Assembly (NCBI GenBank): GCA_965206595.1
Contig: OZ242214.1
Coordinates: forward strand, 6,528,001 to 6,592,000
Direction: 5' to 3'
Origin: Candidatus Latescibacterota bacterium
GTDB taxonomy: Bacteria > Latescibacterota > UBA2968 > UBA8231
DNA: 64,000 nucleotides
The notes below the pieces were generated by a model that searched no databases, was not told the origin of the DNA, and worked only from the letters and a program-made list of their open reading frames with translations. The position numbers and the translations under genes were made by a program. Each line of letters opens with the position of its first letter. Within the stretch, counting starts at the first letter, position 1. Below are positions 19,739-31,340 of this stretch, in pieces.

Positions 19739-21690
19739 ATGCCTCAACCAAACGGTTCCCGCATTGAAGCCGTCCGTCGGGCAATCGAGCGGTGGCAGAA
19801 GGATCTCCTCGATACCTCTGGCCGCAACCGGCTCGTTCGATACCGCGACCTGAAAACCAGTACTCTCGATCTCACGCCTGGTGGAGCGTACGGGCTCGAC
19901 GCAGGCGCCTTGGACCGGCTGCTGAAGGCCAAGCCTGTCAGCCTCAGCGATCTCTTTCCTGATGCTCAAGATGGCTCCGACGACTCGACGGCCTTCAACG
20001 ACGCCCGCCGCCGCCTCGCGGCCATCCACAAGGTGGCCCTCACGAACCTCGAGGAGAAGGGCATCGAGACGCTCTTTGCCGCCATCGGGCTCGCGACCTG
20101 GAAAGTCGATTCCGGGACCCCGCCGAACGCGCCTGTGATCCTCCTGCCGCTCGAGGTCGAAGCCACAGGTGCCGCTGCGCGTGACTTCAAGATCCTAGTT
20201 TCGGGGGATGCCCATCTCAACCCAGTGCTGGCCCACATCCTTCGCGCCGAACACGACATCGAGACTGAGGACGAAGAGGCGGACGTGGCTGAAGACCCGC
20301 CCACCAGCCTCGATGGATTCCGCGTCCTGCTCAACCGGTTCGAGGAGTCGTGGAAGGCCCTTCCCGATTTGGTTATTGAGCTACGCGCGGTCTCAGCCGT
20401 CTTCTCTTACTCCACGATGCCGCTGGTCACTGATCTGGAGCAGAACGGCGGGCTGTTTGCTGCAAGCGACATCGTCGCCGCTATCGCCGGCGATGGAGAG
20501 GCCCGCGAGGTCGTTGCCTCCCGCATTTGCGAGCCCGAGCCCAACCAGCCCGACACGGATCCTCCCGCGGACGAGTTCCTCGTGCTCGATGCCGATTCCA
20601 GCCAGCACATGGCGATCAATCGCGTGCTCGGCGGGGAGTCGCTCGTTATCCAGGGTCCGCCGGGCACGGGCAAATCCCAAACAATCGCCAACCTCATCAC
20701 AGCCCTCATCGCCCGAGGCAAACGCGTCCTTTTCGTCGCCGAGAAACGCGCTGCCATCGAAGCCGTCACAAAACGGCTGGAGCAAGTGGACCTCGGCGAC
20801 CTTGTCATGGACATGCATGGCGGCGTCACCTCCCGGCGTGATTTCGCGCGCACGCTCAACGACTCCCTGGAACGCGTCGCCACTATTCCCGCGCGCGACT
20901 ACTCTGCTCTCCACAGGCGTCTCGGGGAACGTCGAGATGCCCTCATTGCAAACGATGCCGCCCTGCATGAACCGCGCCATCCCTGGAAGCTCTGTGTCTT
21001 CGACATGAGGAAACGACTCCTTGCCATCCCCAAAGCTGCTCACACCCAACTGCGCCTTTCAACCGAGGCCGCGCGCGCCCTCGATAGCGACGGGTTCGAA
21101 CAGCTTGCAGGTGGAATTGAAGAGTGGGGCAACCTCGGTGGCCATACACTGGCTGAGAACCATCCAGAGTGGTCCCGCAGCTCCATCACTACCCCCTCCG
21201 AAGCGCGCAAGGCCTACGATCTGGTCAGCGATCTTGCGCACAGGCTCCTGCCCGCTGCCCGCGACGCCCTTTTCCCAGCCCTCGATGAGGTTGCCCTCCC
21301 TCGACCTGAGAAGGTTGCCGAGTGGGTTGGGCAGGGCGGTTCCTCGTGGTGGCAAGCGGACCATGGTGGAGGCGGATAATTGCTCAGATCATCTCGAAAG
21401 AGTACCGGGCGGCGAAGCGAGCGCTGGGAAATCCTGGTGCGCTGTCACTCACACCAGACAAGCTGAGTGATTTGAAAGAGCGCGTACGTGCCCTCGCCTC
21501 AGGGTTTGCAGCCTTGGCCAAAGTGGGGGGGATCTATGGTCTGGACGGGTTGCCACACACCGATCTGTCCGTGGTGCTGAATCGGATGATAGCTAATCGC
21601 ACCGCGGCCACGAGCCTTCCCACAATCCGCGAGCTTGAAAGGCGGTTTGGCGAGGCCGGGATCGAAAACGTCATTGCGCTCGTGGCGGAG
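19739..21690 (+). pseudogene. Truncated and frameshifted DUF4011 + SF1 helicase (Hhe-like defence gene)
   Basis: WQKDLLDTSGRNRLV (DUF4011), DADSSQ, IQGPPGTGKSQTIANL and VLFVAEKRAA. Stop at 21379, with family-like sequence continuing in another frame (WWRRIIAQIISKEYRAAK) to about 21690. No DEASQ or helicase C-terminal motifs. Confidence 0.8.
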
Positions 21691-24600
21691 GACTTAAGAC
21701 CATATCAGACGATACTTCGCTCTATCGGAGTTCCCGTTCTTGACGTGGAAACTCTGTGCTCGGCACTCACGAAAAATGGACTGAACCAGCCCGTATGTCT
21801 CAATGACCTCCCCCCTTGCCTCGCTTCGGAAGCCGGTCGAGAAACACTGTGGACCGAGATTGCTATATTGCTTGGACGCCAAGGTAATAACCCTCATGCA
21901 AAGCGCGCTGACGAGGAACGCCTCCGCGCCGTTTCCCTAGCACCATCTCGCGACAAATCTCTCTGGCCTTGCGATGACGTGTATTCTGCCGATTTACCCA
22001 CGGTCCAGTTATTTTCGTCCTTAGGTTTGGATATTCCCTTCCTTGACCACACAGAGGCAGCATTTTCACGCCTAGAATATCTTTGCGGTGCGTTTGAAAC
22101 AGAAGATGCTGTCCGGGTCCTCGAAGAAACGGACCCTGCGGCCATTCAGCGGCTATGGAAAGAAGGGTGCTTCTCTCTTCCAAGGACGATTGCGTGGTTT
22201 GAGAATCGACGCAAGCAGATCGTGGACGATGAAGATATTTGTAGGAGACTGTTTTCCCTTTCTATTTATCCTAGCGCTGGCCAGTTACATAGGTTGTCTA
22301 GCCTAGTCTTGCCGGGAGAGTTTGAAGATCCACTTGGCTTAACCAGCCTTGTTGATGTGGATGCCTTGGGCGGACGAAGAGAGTTCCTGTTCGACCTTGG
22401 GGCCTCTGAACTTGATTTTCGTACCTATGTACTTGAGCATCTTTCCTATGCGATAGAAAATGAAACACTAGATCCGACGGTCAGGCAGGGGGCCGTGACT
22501 CTCTTGGCCGACCGGGTTGGCGAATTGATAGATGATGACCAAGCCCGCAAAACACTTTCCTCAGTTCGTTTTGTCATTTGTTCAGATGGGGAGTATCGCC
22601 CTCCGGGTGATTGTTACTTTGAAGGTGGTGTTGTCCAGGAGGTTCTGGCGGATGACGCCAACATAGCTGTTCTTCCTGAGGAACGCGGAGCCTCTGTTCA
22701 ACGATTATTGGACTGGCTTGGTATTGCAAGCAAGCCTCGTTTTCGTGACATCATTCAAGCAATACGCCGAATTTCCAACGAACCTTGCTCTGATACATCT
22801 GTCTTTCGTATGCAACGAATCGTTGCCCATATAGGAGGGCGGTTTGAGGAACTCAGAGAAATCCATGAACTCGAGAACCTGCGGAGTTTTGAGTGGCTGT
22901 CCGCCCGCCGGGGTGAGAACCAATGGTACAGGCCTAGCTCCTTGTATGCTCCGTATCGGTCCTACCTGTTCGAGAGCCAGGGGAAAATCCTTAATGCACC
23001 TTCCCCCAACTGTGATTTTTTGGAGTTTCTAGGAGTCCACATTGATCCCCCACCAGATCTCGTAGTCCGACATCTACTCTATTGCGCAGAATGTGGGAAC
23101 CCAGTCAACAGAGAAGTCTATCGGTTTCTCAAAGACGAATCTGACACTTCGGCCATTGAAGAGCTTAAGTCGACCAAATGTCTATGGCTTGGGCATGCAT
23201 ACCGATCTCCAGACCATGTTTTTTGGGGCGACCATCCCTTCGGTCAGTACCGCTGGCGCTTGGCTGAAGACCTTCGAGGGTACGGGAACCTGCTGGAAAA
23301 GATTGGGGTCACCGACTCCCCAGACCACGAAGATGCTCTGCATGTTCTTAATCAGATTTCTTCGGAGTACGGCGAAGCCAACAACCCACTGCATGATGAA
23401 GCATACGCAGTGGTGATGGGTTGCTGGCAGATGCTCGAAAAGGCACTTGATGAAGGGGTCGTGACCAGTGAATGGTTTGGTAGTCTCAGAAACACCAAGA
23501 GCATTCCAAACAAATCAAAGGTTCTCTATCTCCCTACATGGCTATTCTTTGAGAACCGAGTGGGGCTTTCCGCTAAGTTTGGAAAGTTCTTGGCGAACAA
23601 CGTGATTCCTCAACCGCTTGGGACTCGGCGGGCATTCCTAGCGGCCGGAGTCCCACAACTTGGCTCTGCCGTGGAAATAGATCTCATACGAGTTGAGAAT
23701 CCGGCCAATGACCCCGACTCCATTAAACGGTTGCGCCAGCGCCAGGGAGAAATCGCTCGGGTGCTTTTCGGTCGAATGGGTTCCAATGAGGTCCAAAATG
23801 CTCTAGGCAGATTGAACCACCTTGATTGCAAATCGGCCACTTCACTAGAACTCCGATATAGATTAAATGCCTTCAACATCGATCAGGCAAGCCCGCCCGA
23901 ACTTGCCCCGGCTCTCTACCATCCTGCTCAGCACTCTCTGTGGGCAACACGTTCCAACGGGCAGATACCCTTGGCACCTCTAGCTCGTGAACTAGCTATC
24001 GCCCTGTGTCCTGAGGAAGATCCTGGGCTCTTCGCCGCCGGGTTGAAGAAAGTACTAACAGCGAATACTACTGGTGAAGCAGCTAAAGTCTTGGATGAGT
24101 TGGGCTTCCCGCAGCTCGACGCAACTGTAGTTGAGCCTCCCCCCGTCCCGGAAGCCCCACCCCATTTGGGAGTCGACTCCCCCCCTGGTCCCCTAGAACC
24201 TCCACCACCCCAAATGAGAGATAGGGATCAGTCCGATACAACCCCCAGAGGCGAAACTGGATCCCCCACCGAATTAGAACCCCGCGGCCCAGAGGATGCC
24301 TCACCTCCCCTGGGACGGGAGTTCGTCTCCTACATAGCGGTCAGTCCCGACGAAAAGGAGGGACAAGATCCAGATGGCGTAACCCATCAGGAGCGCATGA
24401 ACCTCGAAGATAAGGCCATTGAGCTTATAATCAGGCGAGAGCCTGAATTAAAGCGTACACCTACGAACAACCCCGGCTTCACCTGACCCAGCTAGGACCC
24501 GACGGGCAGCCCGTAAAATGGGTCGAGGTCAAGGCGATGAAGGGTGCCCTCCTTGACCGACCTGTAGGTCTCACTCGAACTCAGTTCGAGTGGGCGCAAG

Positions 24601-24776
24601 AGCACGGAATATCATTCTGGCTCTATGTCGTAGAACGGGCGGGGGATCCGGAACAGGTTCGGGTGGTTCGTATCCAAGATCCGGCTGGCAAAGCGCGAAC
24701 CTTCACCTTCGACCACGGCTGGATTTCAATCGCCGAGGTTAGCAAGGTATCAGATCCGGAGGCCCCCGAAGAATGA
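21322..24776 (+). pseudogene. Sacsin/NOV-like protein with C-terminal DUF3883 (NOV_C) nuclease domain, N-terminally truncated and frameshifted
   Basis: The long ORF 21322-24486 ends ...PTNNPGFT*. Adding one G after 24480 restores NPGFDL...WVEVKA...LTRTQF...FWLYVVE, the DUF3883 signature, ending at 24776. Confidence 0.75.
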
Positions 24777-24784
24777 ACCCTTGC

Positions 24785-24974
24785 CATCCGGCGCCCTACC
24801 GCAACCGCCGCTTCGAGTACCTGCCCCCCCAGGCCGCAGGCATCGAGGAGCGGTCCCCGGTCCCCGTCCTCCCCCGGTCCGACTTCATTACCTAGGTGCC
24901 CCTGATTTACCATGGCGGCAGGTCGACGTCCGGGCCAACACGGTGTACCAGATCTACCACCTGCTTGCCTGGGT
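24785..24974 (+). pseudogene. Degenerate partial copy of the DUF393/DCC gene at 27060-27491
   Basis: Aligns at DNA level to about 27128-27331 (accgcaac..gccgcttcgagtacctgcc, ggcatcgaggagcggt, ccgacttca, gtcgacgtc, agatctacc, cacctgct.gcctgggt) with indels. Confidence 0.8.
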
Positions 24975-25372
24975 GTCCCCCGGGCTCTAAGGCACCGCGC
25001 TGAGACGCTTCCTTTGGTGGCCCCTGAACCCACTCGGGTTCGTGATTCTCCGCCAACTGGAAGACGAACCACATCATCTGCAGCACCCCTGCTGGCCTAG
25101 TTCCCGGCTGGTGATCTTGCGCCACGGCGGCGCGCGCATGTACCCGCAGCCTGCGGCCCTTCTTTCTGACCCAGGTCTGACCGCCGGTCGCGCCCCGGCA
25201 GGCGGACTCAGGTCTTCAGTCGACTCATCGCGGAAACCTCCTTGTCGAGGCGCTCCAACCTCTCCACGGCGCTTGTTCCCCGTGGAGACACTGGGCTATC
25301 GTTGGGCCGCGGAGATCCCGCCGGCGCCGCGGGCCGGCGGGATGACCCGAAATTCAGAAAGGGAAGCCTCAA

Positions 25373-26830
25373 ATGGCCAAGAGGAAGACAACGAAGGGAA
25401 CGACCAAGAAGCCGGCCGGCAGAGCCCAGGCGGGGGCCGCCCCGGCGGGCGTCATCGAGCTGGACGGCAGGCGCGAGTTGTTCGTCGACGACTACCTGAT
25501 CGAGCGGCTGTCCGGCGTCGAGCTGCGCCTGAACAAACCCGTGCCGCGCAACGTGGCGATCGACCACGACGTGCCGTGGGAGGGCAACACCAGCGCCTAC
25601 CACACGGTCTTCCGGGACGGCAAACTGTTCCGCGCCTACTACCGCGGCTCCCACTACGACCCGTCGGGCAACCACTACCGGCCGGTCGTGTGCTACGCCG
25701 AAAGCCGCGACGGCATCGAGTGGCACCGGCCGGAATTGGGCTTGGTCAACTACCAGGGCTCGACGCGCAACAACATCGTCTGGGACGGCATCGGCGCGCA
25801 CAACTTCGCGCCTTTCCGCGACCGCAACCCGGACTGCCGGGAGGGCGAGGAGTACAAGGCCCTGGGCAGCGCCCTCGCGCGCACGGCCGACGAGCAGGCC
25901 CTCTACGCCTTCAAGTCGCCGGACGGAGTGCATTGGAGCCTGCTGTCGGAGAAGCCGGTGATCACCGTGGGCGCCTTCGACTCGCTGAACCTGGCCTTCT
26001 ACGACCCGCTGCGCGGCTGCTACGTCGACTACCACCGCGACTCCATCCACCCCGGCGGCGTGCGCGTGCGCAACATCATGACCTGCACCTCCAAGGACTT
26101 CCGCCGGTGGACGAAGCCGCGGTGGCTCGACTTCGGCGACGCCCCCGTCGAGCACCTCTACACGAACGCGGTGACGCCCTACCACCGGGCCCCGCACATC
26201 TACATGGGCTTCCCCAAGCGTTTCGTGCCGGATCGCCGCATGCCCGGCAACACCGCCCGCGGCGTGTCGGACGCGGTGTACATGACCAGCCGCGACGGCC
26301 TGCACTTCAAGCGCTGGAGCGAGGCCCTGCTGCGGCCCGGGCTGCAGCCGGAGCGCTGGGAGAACCGCAACAACATGACGGCCTGGGGCATCCTGGAGAC
26401 GGCCAACGACCTGCCGACGGCGCCGAAGGAGCTGTCGATCTTCACCACCGAGGGCTACTACCGCGGCGAGGCCTGCCGGCTGCGGCGCTTCACGGTGCGC
26501 ATGGACGGCTTCGTGTCCGCCAACGCGCCGCTGCAGGGAGGCGAGCTGATCACGCGGCCCTTCACCTTCGCGGGCGCCGCCCTGAGCTTGAACACGGCCA
26601 CCTCCGCGGCCGGCTCGGTACGCGTCGAGATCCAGGACGGCGACGGCAAGGCACTGAAGGGACACACCCTGCGGGACTGCGACGAGATCTACGGCGACTA
26701 CCTGGAGCGCACGGTCACCTGGAAGGGCGCGGCCGACGTCAGCGCCCTGGCCGGCAAACCAGTGCGCCTGCGCTTCGCACTCAGCGACGCCGACCTCTAC
26801 AGCCTGCAGTTCACGGCGCCTCCAGAATGA
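25373..26830 (+). CDS. Hypothetical beta-propeller glycoside hydrolase-like protein
   Basis: RELFVDDYLI, PWEG, Asp-box-like YAESRDGIEW, SPDGVHW and TSRDGLHF repeats, and RMDGFVS...LYS C-terminus. Strong GC3 bias. Confidence 0.7.
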   Translation: MAKRKTTKGTTKKPAGRAQAGAAPAGVIELDGRRELFVDDYLIERLSGVELRLNKPVPRNVAIDHDVPWEGNTSAYHTVFRDGKLFRAYYRGSHYDPSGNHYRPVVCYAESRDGIEWHRPELGLVNYQGSTRNNIVWDGIGAHNFAPFRDRNPDCREGEEYKALGSALARTADEQALYAFKSPDGVHWSLLSEKPVITVGAFDSLNLAFYDPLRGCYVDYHRDSIHPGGVRVRNIMTCTSKDFRRWTKPRWLDFGDAPVEHLYTNAVTPYHRAPHIYMGFPKRFVPDRRMPGNTARGVSDAVYMTSRDGLHFKRWSEALLRPGLQPERWENRNNMTAWGILETANDLPTAPKELSIFTTEGYYRGEACRLRRFTVRMDGFVSANAPLQGGELITRPFTFAGAALSLNTATSAAGSVRVEIQDGDGKALKGHTLRDCDEIYGDYLERTVTWKGAADVSALAGKPVRLRFALSDADLYSLQFTAPPE

Positions 26831-27059
26831 AGGGGCCGCGCGGCCTGCGGCAGGCGATACGTTCAGCGCCATGGGCGATCCGGCGTCGGGCTGGTAGTGG
26901 CTCTATCACAGGGCGCAGACGCCTGCCCGGCTATCGCCTGAATGCCGCTCCAAACAATGGATCCGGGACAGCTCAACCCATTGCGGCAGTGTGAGATGGA
27001 GCGTTTCGTCAGATCGCCGTGCCGTTTGCGCGGGATTTCCGCCTCGCTATCTTGAAGGC

Positions 27060-27491
27060 ATGAGCGAATCCCGCCCCGCAATCGTGTACGACGGCGAATG
27101 CCGGTTCTGCCTGTGGAGCCTCGGCCGCATCCGCCGCTTCGACCGCAACGGCCGCTTCGAGTACCTGCCGCGCCAGACCGCCGGCATCGAGGAGCGGTTT
27201 CCCGTCCTCACCCGTTCCGACTTCAACACCGGGCTGCGCCTGATTCACGCCGGCGGGCGAGTCGACGTCGGGGCCGACGCGGTCTACGAGATCTACCGCC
27301 GGCTCCCTCCCTGGCACCTGCTCGCCTGGGTCTACCGCCTTCCGGTAATCAGGCAGCTGTTCCGCGCCGGTTACGGACTCGTCGCCCGCAACCGCCACCG
27401 GTTCGGCAGGGTCGAGTGCGCCGACGAATCCTGCGAGGTTCCCTACGGCGAGCGGCACCCGGACGCCTCCTCCACCTCCTCCTCCGGCTGA
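27060..27491 (+). CDS. DUF393 / DCC1-like thiol-disulfide oxidoreductase
   Basis: IVYDGECRFC (DxxCxxC) and GYGLVARNRHR motifs. Confidence 0.85.
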   Translation: MSESRPAIVYDGECRFCLWSLGRIRRFDRNGRFEYLPRQTAGIEERFPVLTRSDFNTGLRLIHAGGRVDVGADAVYEIYRRLPPWHLLAWVYRLPVIRQLFRAGYGLVARNRHRFGRVECADESCEVPYGERHPDASSTSSSG

Positions 27492-27503
27492 CAGCGCCGG
27501 CAG

Positions 27504-28277
27504 ATGAAGCGCGACCGCCGCCTGCGGCTGCTCGCCTGCCTGACGGTCGCCTTCTGGGCCGCGGTCTTCCTGCAGGCGCCGATCCCGCAGGATCCGGCCT
27601 ACCACCAGTTCGCCGATCAGCGCACCCTTCTCGGCATCCCGCATGGCCTCAACGTGATCTCCAACCTCCCCTTCCTGCTGGTGGGTCTGTGGGGGTTCGG
27701 TGCGGTGTTCCGCCTCGCCGCGGACCCGGGACAGCAGGCTTTCCAGCACCCGGCCGACTCGCTGGCCTACCAGGTCCTGTTCCTCTCGGTGGCGCTGGTC
27801 GGCATCGGCTCCGCCTGGTATCACCTCGCCCCCTCCAACGAAACCCTGCTGTGGGACCGCCTGCCGATGAGCATCGCCTTCATGGCCTTTCTCTCCGCGG
27901 TCCTGGCCGAGCGCCTCGACCGGCGCGCCGCCACCGTCGCCCTGCTGCCGCTGATCGCCTTCGGCATCTTCAGCGTCCTCTACTGGCACTTCACCGAACG
28001 CGCCGGAGCCGGAGACCTGCGCTACTACATCGTCGCCCAGGGTTACCCGATTCTGTTCGTCCCCATCATGGTCCGCCTGCTGCCCTCGCCGTACACGCGC
28101 GGGTCCGATCTCTACGTCGCCGCCCTGTTCTACCTGCTGGCGAAAGCCGCGGAGCTGTTGGACCAAGGGGTGTACCAGGCGGTGGGCTTCGTCAGCGGCC
28201 ATACCCTGAAGCACCTGCTCGGGGCCCTGGGGGCCTTCTGGGTGCTGCGCATGGTCCGGTTGCGCCGGCTGCGCTGA
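27504..28277 (+). CDS. Ceramidase-family (alkaline phytoceramidase-like) membrane hydrolase
   Basis: YHQFADQR, NVISNLPF, GSAWYH, WDRLPM and SGHTLKH motifs. Confidence 0.85.
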   Translation: MKRDRRLRLLACLTVAFWAAVFLQAPIPQDPAYHQFADQRTLLGIPHGLNVISNLPFLLVGLWGFGAVFRLAADPGQQAFQHPADSLAYQVLFLSVALVGIGSAWYHLAPSNETLLWDRLPMSIAFMAFLSAVLAERLDRRAATVALLPLIAFGIFSVLYWHFTERAGAGDLRYYIVAQGYPILFVPIMVRLLPSPYTRGSDLYVAALFYLLAKAAELLDQGVYQAVGFVSGHTLKHLLGALGAFWVLRMVRLRRLR

Positions 28278-28432
28278 TTTGACAACCCCCCGGGGGCTTG
28301 GCTTTGTTGGCCCCCCACCGGGAAGACTCCCCTTACAACAAATCGAGCGCAATAGCTTTGCTGTTCCTGAGTTCGTTGGGCAGTTGCCTGTTCGGCGACT
28401 CATTACACCCATTAACCTCATGAGGGTTTGTC

Positions 28433-28888
28433 ATGCGGAGTAAGCACAGTTCTATCGCGATGTTCTTCTTTTTTCTGGGGCTGCTGGCCTTGAGCGGATG
28501 TTACCGGGCGACGGTGCAGACAGGGCTGACGCCCTCGCATATTCAGCACGAAGTCTGGGCGCACAGCTGGATCGCCGACCTGGTTCCGCCGGCTGTCGTC
28601 AAAGCCCAGAGCGAGTGCGAGAACGGAGTCGCTCGAGTGGAAACCGAATTGAGTTTCGTAAATCAACTGGTAGGAGCGGCCACCTTCGGCATCTATACCC
28701 CGATGACCATCAGGGTTACCTGCGCCCAAGCGAACGCGGCCAGCCTCAGCGAATCTTCATCCGTTGTTGCGGTAGACCAATTCGCCGACTACTCGACAAC
28801 GATGTCGGCTTTCTCGGAGGCATCCGAGCTGGCTATCCAGAAGCAGTCACCCGCGTACGTTGTTTTCGAATCATCCACCAGCGAATAG
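28433..28888 (+). CDS. Bor/Iss-like lipoprotein
   Basis: Lipobox LSGC, then CENGVARVETELSFVNQLV..TFGIYTP..VTC. Confidence 0.75.
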   Translation: MRSKHSSIAMFFFFLGLLALSGCYRATVQTGLTPSHIQHEVWAHSWIADLVPPAVVKAQSECENGVARVETELSFVNQLVGAATFGIYTPMTIRVTCAQANAASLSESSSVVAVDQFADYSTTMSAFSEASELAIQKQSPAYVVFESSTSE

Positions 28889-28989
28889 GACCAGGATCGC
28901 ACGATCCGGCTCCGCTGATTTCAAGCGGGGCCGAATTTTTGTACCGGCGTGCTCAATCCTCGAAGTCGCTTTCCAATAGCCTCTGAAGC

Positions 28990-29739
28990 ATGCTGCAGCT
29001 GACCAACGTCTCGAAGTCGTTCGGCCACACCGCGGCCCTGCGCCCCACCGACCTGACCATCCAGGCCGGGGTCACCACGGTGCTGATCGGCCCGAGCGGC
29101 TGCGGCAAGTCGACGCTGCTGCGCCTGATGATCTGCCTGATCCGCCCGGACACCGGGACCGTCTCCTTCGACGGCAGGGATTTCGACGACAGCGACGTGC
29201 TCGAGCTGCGCCGCCACATGGGGTACGTGATTCAGGACGGGGGTCTGTTTCCGCACCTGAGCGCGCGCGACAACGCCGCCCTGCTGGCGCGCCACCTCGG
29301 CTGGGACGAGGGCCGCGTCGAGGCCCGCCTGCGCGAGCTGGCGGAGCTGACCCGTTTCCCCTTCGACGGGCTCGAGCGCTTTCCCGCGCAGCTTTCGGGG
29401 GGGCAGAAGCAGCGCGTCAGCCTGATGCGGGCGCTGATGCTCGACCCCGAGGTGCTGCTCCTCGACGAACCGCTGGGCGCCCTCGACCCGATCGTGCGCT
29501 CGGAGCTGCAGGGGGACCTGCGCGACATCTTCAGGGCCCTGCGCAAAACCGTCGTCGCCGTCACCCACGACATCGGCGAGGCCGGCTTCCTCGGCGACCG
29601 CCTCGTGCTCCTGCGGGAAGGGGAAATCGTGCAGCAGGGGACGTTGCAGGAGCTGGTCGACTCGCCGGCGGATCCGTTCGTGTCCCGCTTCATCAACGCG
29701 CAGCGGACGCCGCTGCAGGTCCTCGGAGCGGATTCGTGA
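28990..29739 (+). CDS. ABC transporter ATP-binding protein, OpuBA/EgtV-like
   Basis: GPSGCGKST, GYVIQDGGLFPH, LSGGQKQRV, LLLDEPLGALDP and VTHD motifs. Confidence 0.9.
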   Translation: MLQLTNVSKSFGHTAALRPTDLTIQAGVTTVLIGPSGCGKSTLLRLMICLIRPDTGTVSFDGRDFDDSDVLELRRHMGYVIQDGGLFPHLSARDNAALLARHLGWDEGRVEARLRELAELTRFPFDGLERFPAQLSGGQKQRVSLMRALMLDPEVLLLDEPLGALDPIVRSELQGDLRDIFRALRKTVVAVTHDIGEAGFLGDRLVLLREGEIVQQGTLQELVDSPADPFVSRFINAQRTPLQVLGADS

Positions 29740-31253
29740 ACCCGCTCCGCACCGCCGCCGCCGCCGCGGCAGCGGCCCTTCTTCTTACAGGGACGGCCGC
29801 GGCTGAGGCCGGAACCGACCCTCCGCAGATCCGCGTCGGCTCCAAGACGTTCACGGAGAACGTCATTCTCGGCGAGATGGTGGCCCAGCTCGCGGCGGCC
29901 TCCGGGGCCGCGGTCACTCATCAGCGCGAGCTGGGAGGCACCCGGGTCCTGTGGGAGGCCCTGCTGCGCGGCGACCTCGACGCCTACCCCGAGTACACGG
30001 GAACGATCAGCGAGGAGATCCTGGCGGGCAGCGACGTCCACGGCCTGGAGGCGATACGCGCCGCCCTCGAAGAGCACGGCCTGTCGATGAGCCGCCCGAT
30101 AGGCTTCAACAACACCTACGCGATGGGGATGCCGGAGGCGCTCGCCGACAGCCTGGGGATGCGGACCATATCCGACCTCAAGAAGCAGCCCGGCCTCCGC
30201 TTCGGCTTCAGCAACGAGTTCCTCGACCGCGGCGACGGCTGGCCCAGCCTGCGCGACCGCTACGGCCTGCCGCATCGCGACGTCCAGGGGCTGCAGCACG
30301 ACCTCGCCTATCGCGGGATCGAGTCCGGGGACATCGACGTCATCGACATGTATTCGACCGATGCCGAGATCGAGTTCTACAACTTGAGGACCCTTGCAGA
30401 CGACCTCGGCCACTTCCCGGCCTACAACGCCGTCATCCTCTACCGCTCCGACCTCGCCGGCAGGGCCCCGGAGGCGGTGCGCTCTATCCTCCGGCTCGAG
30501 GGGCTCATCGACGACAGGGTTATGTCCGGGCTCAACGGCCGCGCCAAGCTCGAACTCGTGCCCGGGGAAAGGGTCGCCGCGGATTACCTCGCCGCGGCCC
30601 TGAAGGTCGAAAGCGACATCGTCGAAATGACCCTGTGGGACCGCCTGCTGCGGCGCACGCGGGAACACCTCACCCTGACCGGGATCTCGCTGGCCGCGGC
30701 CATCGCCGTCTCCCTGCCCCTGGGGATCCTCGCGGCCAAGTGGGCGCGGCTCGGGCAGGCCATCCTCGCGCTGACCGGGGTCATACAGACGCTGCCGGCC
30801 CTCGCCCTGCTGGTGTTCATGATCCAGCCGTTCGGCATCGGGGAACCGCCGGCCATCGCCGCCCTCTTCCTCTACAGCCTGCTGCCGATCGTGCGCAACA
30901 CCTGCACCGGCCTCCGCGACATACCGGGCCCCCTGCGGGAGTCGGCCGCGGCCCTCGGCCTGCCTCCGTTGGTGCGGCTGCGGCGCATAGAGCTGCCCCT
31001 CGCTTCGCGCGCGATCCTGGCCGGCATCAAGACTTCGGCGGTCATCAACGTCGGCTTCGCCACCATCGGCGCCTTCATTGGCGCCGGCGGCTACGGGCAG
31101 CCGATCATGACCGGCCTGCGGCTCGCCGACAACCGGCTGATCATGGAAGGGGCCATCCCAGCGGCACTCCTCGCCCTGGCGGTGCAGGGGCTGTTCGAGC
31201 TTTCGGAGCGGGTGCTGGTGCCCAAGGGCCTGCGCCTCGAGCCGGTGGAATAG
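29736..31253 (+). CDS. Fused substrate-binding/permease subunit of a betaine-type ABC importer (EgtU/OpuAC-like)
   Basis: Signal peptide, then SBP motifs GSKTFTEN, YPEYTGT, GFNNTYA, EFLDRGDG, YSTD and FPAY, then TMD motifs QTLPALA, YSLLPIVRNT, IELPLA and GAGGYG. Confidence 0.88.
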   Translation: MNPLRTAAAAAAAALLLTGTAAAEAGTDPPQIRVGSKTFTENVILGEMVAQLAAASGAAVTHQRELGGTRVLWEALLRGDLDAYPEYTGTISEEILAGSDVHGLEAIRAALEEHGLSMSRPIGFNNTYAMGMPEALADSLGMRTISDLKKQPGLRFGFSNEFLDRGDGWPSLRDRYGLPHRDVQGLQHDLAYRGIESGDIDVIDMYSTDAEIEFYNLRTLADDLGHFPAYNAVILYRSDLAGRAPEAVRSILRLEGLIDDRVMSGLNGRAKLELVPGERVAADYLAAALKVESDIVEMTLWDRLLRRTREHLTLTGISLAAAIAVSLPLGILAAKWARLGQAILALTGVIQTLPALALLVFMIQPFGIGEPPAIAALFLYSLLPIVRNTCTGLRDIPGPLRESAAALGLPPLVRLRRIELPLASRAILAGIKTSAVINVGFATIGAFIGAGGYGQPIMTGLRLADNRLIMEGAIPAALLALAVQGLFELSERVLVPKGLRLEPVE

Positions 31254-31340
31254 AACCGGAGCGATCACCCCGTGTCACGTCTCTGGAACAGATTGGCGGA
31301 AGCCGGCCGCCGGGGCGCCCGCCTCGAGCCGGTGGAATAG
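31233..31340 (+). repeat. Exact 21-bp direct repeat of the permease 3' end (31233-31253 and 31320-31340)
   Basis: cgcctcgagccggtggaatag occurs twice, 87 nt apart. Confidence 0.85.

Noticed and set aside
24481-24486. TGA ending the 1054-aa ORF as a possible Sec codon
   Set aside because: A TAG follows in frame after two more codons and the DUF3883 motif continues in another frame, so this is a 1-nt deletion.
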